Below, one piece after another: positions 53,201 through 64,000 of a stretch of 64,000 bases of DNA. The translations under genes and the position numbers were made by a program. The notes under the pieces are model-generated. The model searched no databases. It saw only the letters and a program-made list of their open reading frames with translations, and had not been told where the DNA came from. Source of the DNA: Callorhinchus milii (Eukaryota); NCBI RefSeq assembly GCF_018977255.1, contig NW_024704749.1, positions 21,700,001-21,764,000 of the forward strand, written 5' to 3'. The first letter of the stretch is position 1, and each line of letters opens with the position of its first letter.

Positions 53201-55011
53201 CTTCACAGAACACACACTGTAAAGTGAATTGACTGTATATTAATTGAGACGCAGCAATGTCCCACAAACAGTCGTAGATTGAAAATGACCAATTTATTAT
53301 TGTTTTTGGTTTTGGAGGGATTATTATTAGGCTCTGTGTGGAGTAAGGAAACTTGCCCAAGGTTTCGCCTTGACCTGCCGGGAATTGAACTCAGGTCTCT
53401 CGCTTGCAAAGCGAGTGCTCTAACCACTGAGCTACAGGACTCCACAACAATTACATCATAAGGCGCAACATCAAATGCAAGGATTATTATTATTATTCTA
53501 ATATAGATACATCTCCTCTATACGCACAGCTCCTATGACAGGGACACGAGTATGTTCTAATCTGCCTCTCCTGTTTAGGTCATGCCTCTGGTAACTCAAC
53601 TCTTCCCTGGGAAATCTGTGGACGAGATTCTAGCGAGTGAACTGGGAGAACATTCCAGAGCAATCCTAAAGACCATTCCTCAGCTCTGCGAACCCTACTG
53701 CCCACCCACAGCTCAGAAAAGGTAGCCAAAGCCTAGCGGCTCTGAGCCGAGGGGGTGGTGGGGCGATTCTCTCCTTTCCTGTTTCCTCAAGTCCTCCTTG
53801 TTTGACTTTTTTTGAGGCTCAAAAGAGCCTAACTCATGTAATCCATGAAAGGTGATGTTTATTTGGTTGAGTCGCTCACCCTCTCACCTCGGGTCAGAGG
53901 GTTATGGCTTCAAGCCCCTTGTCAGGGTCTGAGTTCACAGTCTAAGCCAGTGGCGGTTAACCTGTGGCCCGGGGCCCGGAAGCAGCCCCCTCCCACTCTT
54001 CTGCCCCCGAACTTACGCACGAGTCTTGGTAAGTCCGTGTTCGATTGGTGGTGTGTTTTCATTTTTTTCTGGATCGAATACTTCTTGATTTATGGTATAA
54101 AATTGCTGTGCGCACAAGATATACAGTCAATTTCACTTTACAGTGTATCCTGTGAAGCGCTTTGAGACGTCTCGAAGACGTGACAAGGCGCTGTGTCCAA
54201 TGCAAATACTTCTGACCCTTGGCGTCTGTGCTCACTTGCAGTCCATCAGTGATGACCATGAAAAGCCAAGAACAGCTCAGCCCCATCATGAACACTGACC
54301 AAGCGGCTGATAGAGAGACGCGCACACACACACTCTCGGAGACTGGAGATCGCTATTTACAAGCTTTACGCGAACAAGAGCATAACGAACAGATCATCAT
54401 GAGCCGGAGGAAGGTGAGGCCATCCCAGTCCTGCCCTCTCCGACCCCACGTGCCATTTTCCTTTACATAGGCTTCTGTTTATTGTGTGGGAGACTGTACC
54501 CTCCGCGCACAGCCTTCACTGAAGGAGCCGGGGGGTGGGGGGGGAACATCCCGAGGCGCTGACACATACACAACGTAACCCCCATGCAGGACCCACTGCA
54601 ACCCACCCACCCCACATACAGACCCCAAACCCCACCCCCACCCCCTCTACCCCCACTGTCTACAGTACTCCAGGGGTGACCTGACCAGAACTATATCAAC
54701 CTTACTCTACCTGAGTCTATGCACTCGTCACGGGGCTCAGTTTGAGGCTGGAAGCTTGGTGGATGGTAAGTGGTGGTGGGGAGGGGTGGGGGCTTGAAGA
54801 TGGCCTCGGCTGACCTACCTCTTCCCAAATATTCCCTCAGCTGAATTTGGAAGTGAAGAACACTCTCCGTGAGAGGATCCCATTGAGCTCCGAGGTGCCG
54901 AGGATCCCCCGACATCTCGCTCTCTGGTCCCAAAGATCCCGGCCCCGTCAGCCGGGCAGACGCTACGACTGGAAGAAACGCCGCGCAGCTTTGCTGAAGC
55001 CGCTGAAATGA
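44275..55011 (+). CDS. TTC16: Tetratricopeptide repeat protein 16, about 774 aa
   Basis: Exons: 44275-44691, 45558-45742, 45828-45918, 46670-46813, 47407-47507, 48459-48588, 49131-49345, 49880-50127, 51209-51350, 52124-52289, 53579-53721, 54242-54413, 54841-55011; all GT-AG and phase-consistent. Diagnostic peptides AYLQFCDFQSA, QLLLTYNDFAVYCY, KGLYINRGDCFF, LFPGKSVDEIL match recalled TTC16. Tail-to-tail with TOR2A as in human; AATAAA at 55068-55073. First and last exons are the least certain. Confidence 0.93.
44341..44604 (+). repeat. Coding 27-nt tandem repeat, EDKREEE[K/E]K x8 plus 2 degenerate units, TTC16 exon 1
   Basis: GAGGATAAAAGAGAGGAAGAG(A/G)AAAAG units at 44389-44604; degenerate units at 44341-44388. 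Confidence 0.92.
45063..45447 (-). mobile_element. SINE, older long subfamily
   Basis: Full-length reverse copy in TTC16 intron 1. Confidence 0.85.
46113..46470 (+). mobile_element. SINE, older long subfamily
   Basis: Head GTGGAGGTCCGTAGCACAGTGGTTAG, central segment and L2 tail. Confidence 0.85.
46830..46979. repeat. Long inverted repeat (71-bp arms, 8-nt loop), Penelope/MITE-like
   Basis: Arm 46830-46900 is the reverse complement of 46909-46979 with 4 mismatches. A degenerate second copy lies at about 47802-47897. Confidence 0.9.
48603..48936 (+). mobile_element. SINE, older long subfamily
   Basis: Starts about 15 nt after the TTC16 exon 6 donor; head, central segment and tail present. 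Confidence 0.8.
51700..52010 (+). mobile_element. Unclassified interspersed repeat ending CAGACACCCGGCT(G/A)ACCAA plus an A-rich tail
   Basis: Homologous copies at about 26640-27090 (split by CR1), 30815-30985, 50425-50608, 35864-35930(-), 23677-23710(-); shared 3' end and variable 5' truncation. Confidence 0.7.
53134..53444 (-). mobile_element. SINE, young short subfamily, inserted antisense into an older SINE (about 52797-53495 +)
   Basis: Full-length reverse copy; CAATTA on both sides; host tail (AAGGCGCAACATCAAATGCAAGGATTATT) resumes at about 53455. Confidence 0.88.
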
Positions 55012-55993
55012 CAAGGGTTTAGTCAAGCCCTCGCGCCTCTTTCTCTCTCTCTCTCTCGCTCACAGCTAATAAAGTTTACTTAACAAGGACTAAGTTTATC
55101 CAGGTGAAATCTATGCATCACAGGCTTTGCCGCAGTGTGTACTGTGGACCCGCAGTGTGGTCAGTAAACCCTTTGAAGTGCTTTGAGACGCGCTCCCAAT
55201 GCAGAAGATGCTGTATCAGATAATAAGGATGCTTGCATTTGATGTAGTGCCTTATCACGTCTTCGAGATGTCTCAAAGCGCTTCACAGGACACACTATAA
55301 AGCGAATTGACTGTATATTTTGTGGGCGAAACCCGGCAGCCACAGCAGCATCCTAAACAGTTGTGGATTGAGTGACCAAATTATTATTATTAATTTTTTT
55401 GTGCAAGGTTTACAATAATCCTTGTATCTGAATCATCACTCAGACGCACTGCAGACCTGATGTATCGCAGAGACCAGTAGCGGGAGTTAAGAGAAACCAT
55501 AGTAATTTACAGCACAGAAGAAGGCCACTCAGTCCCTCATGTATGTGCCGTCTCGTTTAAAGAGCGCTCCTTTTCAGTCCCATTTACCTGCCCCTTTCCT
55601 CCCCCCCCACCGCCCTCAACACCCCGCACACCACACCACACAGATCCCTTGATGTACGGAAGAAAGTCCATCCTGACAATGTCATTGCCATTTGCCATAT
55701 ATTTATGAAACGATATTTATAAAGATTTACAAATCACTATTTATAAAAAAATTCATATTACAAAGACACGGTGCGAGAAAGATGTTGTTTCTTCCCCGTT
55801 TCAAGTTACCGTCAGTTTGGTTGGGTCCCTCACTCCCTACTCAAACCCCCACTTTCTCTTCCTCACTCACTCTCCCTCTCTCTCTCTCTCTCTCCCTCTC
55901 TCGCTCTTCCTCCCGCCAGCCCGCGCTCCAAACAAAACCACTATTGCATTTCGACACGTACGAAACTCGCTCATGGGAACGGTCGTTTCACGT

Positions 55994-58502
<2,509 letters not shown>

Positions 58503-58585
58503 CTGCCCCAAAGAAGAGATAAAATCTGCCGTCAGATCTTCAATCGCACCTTTTTATTGCTTTTTGTGTTTGTGAATCCACCAAT

Positions 58586-58890
58586 GTGGAGTCCTGTAGC
58601 TCAGTGGTTAGAGCCTCACAAGCGAGAGACCTGAGTTCGATTCCTGGCAGGTCAGGTCAGCGCAAGTTTCCTTACTCCACTCGCCTGATAATAATCCCTC
58701 AACAAAAAATAGTTAATAAATAAATAATAGTAATTTGGTCACTCAATCTACAACTGTTTGTGGGACACTGCTGTGCGCAATTGCCTGCTGTGTTTCGCCC
58801 ACAAATATACAGTCACTACACTTTACAGTATATTTTGTGAAACACTTTGAGACATGACAAGGTGCTGTATCAAATGCAAGGATTATTATC
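58586..58890 (+). mobile_element. SINE, short-type copy
   Basis: GTGGAGTCCTGTAGCTCAGTGG head through the ATCAAATGCAAGGATTATTAT tail. Confidence 0.82.
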
Positions 58891-59406
58891 GTGTACTGTC
58901 CCGCACGAGGCTTCGGGACCACATCACTCCCACCCTCGCTCGCCTCCACTGACTCCCCATCCCCCAGAGGATCGAATTCAAGATCCTCATCCTCACCTAC
59001 AAGCCATTCACGGCCTCGCTCCCTCCTACCTCTCCAACCTACTATCCCCCTACCTACCTGCCCGTACCCTCCGTTCCTCTGGCTCCAGTCTGCTCCACAT
59101 CCCCCGCCCCAACCGCCCTACCATCGGTGGCCGGACCTTCAACCTCTCAGCCCCGAGGCTTTGGAACTCTATCCCCCAGTGTCTTCGTCTTGCCTCCTCC
59201 CTTTCCTCCTTCAAGGCCGGTCTCAAGACCTTTCTCTTTGACCGTGCCTTCGGCTCCCCTCTCGATCCCCTCCTCGCTCCCTCCCTTCCCTCCCCTCACC
59301 CTGACCATTTCTCCCCTGCTCGGGTCCTGACCCAACTGTACAGCGCCTTGGGACGTCCTCCTGATGTGAAAGGCGCTCTATAAATGGAATCTTGTTGTTG
59401 TTGTTG
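58891..59406 (+). mobile_element. L2 LINE 3' fragment (ORF2 C-terminus, 3'UTR, (TTG)n tail)
   Basis: AIHGLAPSYLSNLL...RTLRSS...APRLWNSIP...SFKAGLKTFLFDRAF, typical of the L2 ORF2 end. Related fragments at about 26080-26330(+), 27790-28420(-), 39330-39550(+), 40470-40735(+), 48026-48430(+), 49480-49745(-), 51470-51690(-), 52326-52750(-). Confidence 0.88.
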
Positions 59407-60359
59407 TATTATTATTAGATCTCATCCCTCCAGAACACCCACCTTACTATTAAAGGTGCGAGCTGCTTTTTTTTTATAAATGAGTCCCAGTGACCTGGCC
59501 TCAACCACTCTACCTGGCAACCTGTTTATTAATTACCCTCCTGGTGAAGAGATACGTCCCAGTATCCATCCCGAAATTACCCTTTGCAACTCTAAACACA
59601 TTATCTTGCTCTGCCACCTCCGAAAACATTGTTCAGGGTTTATTTATGCTTTATTTAATCCCGTTTCAAATGTTATTTTAAACACTATAAACGCCTTCCA
59701 AGTAATGTCTTCCTCTTCGGCCATTCTCCCACCTCCATCCCCCCCCTACCCTCCACACCCTCCTGACCCCAACTCCCAGCTCGGGTTCAAAACCCCGAGA
59801 CTGCCCTGCGCCCTGGGACTCCGTTCCGACATGAAGGGCGCTATGCAGTGTAATTTGTTGTTATGCATCTTAAAAAGACAGATAAGAACAACAAATTGTA
59901 AATAAGGTCTTCTTTAAATGTCTCCTCTCTGGACTGAACAGCCCCCTAGCTTATCTAATTGTTGTTCACAGCTCATTCCTCTGAGAATTGGGGTATCACC
60001 CTCTTTGTTACTCTCCTCCGCATTGCCTCTGGGGCCTTATCATAACCCCTCCAAAACAAAACAATAATAAATTGGCCAACCCAACTGAATTGGCAATACT
60101 CTACACAGCCCACAATCCTGTTTATTGGCCCTGTGAACGGAACTGATGGGTACAGAGTGAAGGCTGCAGGGGGGGGGGTGGGTTGGGGTGGGGGGGGGGG
60201 GGGGTGAACCTGCTTCTCAGTGAGAGGCGAAAGTAAGACAACGTTAACAGCTGGGCTAGGGAACAACAACAACAACAACAACAAGAAATGGCTTTTTTTT
60301 AAAAAGGGAACTGCAGGTTTCATTCCAGGAAACTGCACAGCACAGATCTGCGGATAGAC

Positions 60360-60873
60360 NNNNNNNNNNNNNNNNNNNNNNNNNNNNNNNNNNNNNNNNN
60401 NNNNNNNNNNNNNNNNNNNNNNNNNNNNNNNNNNNNNNNNNNNNNNNNNNNNNNNNNNNNNNNNNNNNNNNNNNNNNNNNNNNNNNNNNNNNNNNNNNNN
60501 NNNNNNNNNNNNNNNNNNNNNNNNNNNNNNNNNNNNNNNNNNNNNNNNNNNNNNNNNNNNNNNNNNNNNNNNNNNNNNNNNNNNNNNNNNNNNNNNNNNN
60601 NNNNNNNNNNNNNNNNNNNNNNNNNNNNNNNNNNNNNNNNNNNNNNNNNNNNNNNNNNNNNNNNNNNNNNNNNNNNNNNNNNNNNNNNNNNNNNNNNNNN
60701 NNNNNNNNNNNNNNNNNNNNNNNNNNNNNNNNNNNNNNNNNNNNNNNNNNNNNNNNNNNNNNNNNNNNNNNNNNNNNNNNNNNNNNNNNNNNNNNNNNNN
60801 NNNNNNNNNNNNNNNNNNNNNNNNNNNNNNNNNNNNNNNNNNNNNNNNNNNNNNNNNNNNNNNNNNNNNNNNN
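60360..60873. other. Assembly gap (run of N)
   Basis: Run of N; a smaller gap lies at 56945-56969 and a single N at 38092. Confidence 1.
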
Positions 60874-62429
60874 TGAGACACTATAAATGGATGAGATTTT
60901 GCAGCCTGAAGTGTTCAGCCTTCAGTGGTGATATTATCACATGGTATCTTAGAGGGTCACGAAATGTGAAGCAACACTTGCTCAAAGTATATCAGGTGAT
61001 TTTAAACGCAGGAAAATGTTGCTCATTCAGTGGACTGTCACCCCACGAGCTCTTCAATCAGCTCCTAATATTATAGTTAGAAATCTATTTACCACCTCTA
61101 TATCTACAGAAACAGCTAACATTAGGAACACACAGAGCCATTTATTAAGATAGTGTGGATAGTGTCAGTATGAATGGAATAGAATTACTTCTAGTGCTAA
61201 TTTTAATCTAAGAAACAACTGTGACACACTCCAATCTTGTTGACTAGGAGTATGTGCCCCCTCACCTCAATCCCCTAGCATCTTGCCAGCTGTTTTGGCA
61301 TTCATCCTGCCAACAAGTAGCCACACACTTCAGCCAGGCACCGGCACTCACAAACTGACCCCATTCCCGCCATGTGCCAACACCTAGTGTTAACGAAAGA
61401 CCTTATCCACTCAGTGTACAGGTTCACTCCTGCCTGATCACACACTGGCATATGATTACAAGTGGTTCAGATGAAGAGGACTTTCTGCCCTTTTGATCTC
61501 ATCTTCCTGAATACATACTTTGCCGTCCTTCTAACAGAGCATCAAGCTGTTTTATTAATGAGTGCAACATCCTGGCTTCAAACCCTCTTTCTAGCAACCT
61601 GTTTTGGTTGTTGAGTACCTTCTGGGTGAAGAAAAACGTCCTGGTATCTGTTCTGAAATTGCCCTTTGCAACTCCTAAGCCTATGATCTCTTCAACTTAA
61701 AGGATTTTAATTGTCACAAATCATTTTGCCATACTCCTAAAGGGGGGTTGGGGCGAAGGGTGGGTAGGGGGTGGAAGATGACCAAAGCACGGACAAAAAG
61801 GTATTTCTTAAGGAAAATGGGGTATTCTTGAGGAGTGAGGGGGTAAGTTTGAAGGATCTTGGGATGGTGTTCCCAAGAGCAGGGGTAGAAAGGCTGAAAA
61901 CTCAACCAAGGATGATGATGGGTTGGTTCAGTACTTTGATGTGCAGTGATCTCACTCAATCTGCATAAAACCAGTGAGCAAAACAGGGCTGTTTTGTGCT
62001 GTTACAAAACACACCTTGCTGAAATAAACAATAAGGTCCAAGGCCACAGGTGGTTTATGATCAAATCAAAGCAGCCCTGACATTTAAAAAATTCTAGGAA
62101 GGCTCTCTGGAGCTGAAGCACACTGAGCGAAAACAGAAACAATCTGTAAATAAAACTTCCCTTGTACGCAGGTGGCTGTATGGCAGCTTCCAGTATACCT
62201 CACTTAGGATGCTCCAGTACTTAGTAGCTGCCACTAGATGGAAATACCTGTACAGTATTGCAATGGTAACCATTATAGAATATGTTACAAGCACCCTCCA
62301 GGGGTAATAATCCCTTTAAAAAATGTGGTCACTCAATCCATGACTTTGTGGGATACTGATGTGTGCAATTGGCTGCCGTATTTCGCCCACAAAATATACA
62401 GTCAATTCACTTTACAGTTTATTCTTCTC

Positions 62430-62925
62430 ACCTCCCCTCTGTTTCTTTTAACAACTATTTTAAATCGGTGTCATCGGGTTACCAGTCCACCCACCAGTGG
62501 AAATAGTTTCTCCTTGTTCACCCTATCGAATCCCCTCATAAGTTTGAAAACTTCTATTGAGTCTCCTCTTAACCTTCTCTGCACCGAGGAGAATAATCCT
62601 CGCTTCTCTACCTCTCCTGATAACTGTAGTCCCTCATTCCTGGTACCATTCTGGTAAATCTCCTTTGCTCCCTCTCCAATGCCTTGACATCCTTCCTAAA
62701 GTGTGGTCCGCAGAACTTGAACACAGTCTCCGGCTGAGGCCTAACCAGTGTTTTATAAAGGATCATCATAACTTCCTGATTTTTGTATTCTATGTCTTTG
62801 TTTATAAAGCCTAGTATCGCGTATGCTTTTTTAACAGCGTTATCTACCTGTCCTGCGACCGTCAAAGATTTACTTATATGAATCCCCAGGACTCTCTGTT
62901 CCTTCACCCTCTTTAAGACTGTACT
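62430..62925 (-). mobile_element. CR1 LINE ORF2 fragment
   Basis: [42 protein letters not shown]...RRFTRMVPGM. CR1 3'UTR pieces (GGCTCGAGGGGCTGAATGGCCT...CCTATGTT) also at about 20000-20118, 23713-23850, 26745-26965, 36690-36785, 38636-38800. Confidence 0.88.
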
Positions 62926-63374
62926 CATAGTCCAGGCTGAAACTAGTACAGTGCTGGGAATCTGTTGCAATGTCAGAGACACCTTCCTTCAGATCAGACA
63001 TTAAATCGAGGTCCCGTCTATGCTGTTCAGGTGGCACTGTTCGAACGAGAAGGGAGTTTGTCCCAGTGTCCCAGTCAACAATCCCCCAGATAAAACCAGT
63101 TATTCACTTCATGGTGTCTTGTAGAACATTGCTCTGCACGAATCGGTTGCTGTGTTCGTGAACAAAATGCACAGTCAACGCACTTTCCATTCCGCGATGC
63201 ACTTTGAGACGCTTTGACAATGTTCCATCTCAAATGCCAGGATTATTACTGAGGATTACGAGAGGATTCTATCTCGTGTTGCGCGTTAACCACCGAACCA
63301 AGGTTCGATGGTCGTAAAATCTTCAAAGTCGTAAAGGTCTTGAACCAACAAATTAATATGGTAGTTGGCTATTT

Positions 63375-63836
63375 GCGGGCGGCTGCAGTGGGTGGGGGGG
63401 GGGGGGGGGGACAAGGTGAGAGGGTGATGGCCTGTCCGGCCTGGGGCTGTGATTGACAGGTGGGGATTTGATTGACAGGTGGGTTTGGGGGAGAGGAGGG
63501 AGGGGGCGTGAACTGGGCGGGGCTGTGATTGACAGGTGGGGCTGGGAGGGAGCGGCTGTGATTGACAGGTTGCGCGGGAGGCGGGGCGGCGGGGGGTGGG
63601 GAGGGCGTGAACAGTGGGCTGTGATTGACAGGAAGCGCTGCGATCTGATTGGCGGATGTGGCCCCGCGGGGGGCGGGCGGTGATCTGGGAGGGCGGGGCC
63701 CTGGGAGGGCGGGAGGCGGGAGGGCAGTGGCTGTGCGCGTGTGTGTATGAGTGTGTGTGTGGGCGGCGGTTGTCGCTGAGGCTGAGTCTGAGGCGTTTGG
63801 TGTCGGTCGTCAGTTGTCGTTGTACGCGGCGGGAAC
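63375..63836. promoter_or_regulatory. CpG-island promoter with five TGATTGACAG decamers, a CCAAT box and GC boxes
   Basis: TGATTGACAG at 63450, 63469, 63526, 63559, 63622; ATTGG 63648-63652; several GGGCGG; upstream of ATG 63837. Confidence 0.75.
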
Positions 63837-63882
63837 ATGGACGCCGACATGACAATGAAGTCGCATCGGAGCGAGAGCAAAG
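63837..63882 (+). CDS. Probable first coding exon of an unidentified gene (MDADMTMKSHRSESK)
   Basis: ATG in good Kozak context (AACATGG) at the downstream edge of a CpG island, 15 codons plus 1 nt, then donor AAG|GTTAGC. Protein not recognised. Confidence 0.55.
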
Positions 63883-64000
63883 GTTAGCGGATTGTGCGCC
63901 CGGTTTTCTTTTCTTTTTTCTTTTGATTCTTATTTTTTTTTTCCTTTTTGATTTCCCCGCCGCCCCCCCCCCGCCCCCCCACTCACTTATTTTATCATCA

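Noticed and set aside
55066-55083. Alternative TTC16 last exon (LIKFT*) after a (CT)n CAG acceptor
   Set aside because: It overlaps the AATAAA signal; 54841-55011 gives a longer, more plausible terminus.
59973-60881. 302-aa ORF
   Set aside because: Artifact spanning the N gap.
63286-63880. Minus-strand 189-aa and 175-aa ORFs with TCQSQP / HLSITA repeats
   Set aside because: Antisense reading of the GC-rich promoter and its TGATTGACAG array; no splice or homology support.

Overview
Vertebrate genomic DNA with spliceosomal introns; no prokaryotic features, CRISPR array or true RNA gene was seen. The repeat content (tRNA-headed SINE with an L2 tail, L2 and CR1 LINE fragments, Penelope-like hairpins) suggests a cartilaginous fish, possibly a holocephalan (inference). 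I reconstructed five genes exon by exon, checking splice sites and phases: AK8 (-, coding exons 1-6, continues off the left edge), SPACA9/C9orf9 (+, complete), a carboxypeptidase M-like gene (-, complete, 402 aa), TTC16 (+, complete, about 774 aa) and TOR2A (-, exons 2-5; exon 1 not seen, possibly in the N gap). An unidentified gene starts in a CpG island at the right edge. The most notable points are: (1) the CPM-like gene has an intact active site but no GPI-anchor tail, lies among human-9q34-type genes rather than at the MDM2-linked CPM locus, and is divergent from TTC16 across an RFX X-box; (2) RFX boxes sit at both divergent promoters of the cilia/sperm genes; (3) a five-copy TGATTGACAG (PBX-PKNOX) array; (4) a coding E/K minisatellite in TTC16; (5) a 71-bp-arm intronic hairpin; (6) possible decayed coding remnants in AK8 introns. 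All protein identifications are from recalled sequences, not database searches.
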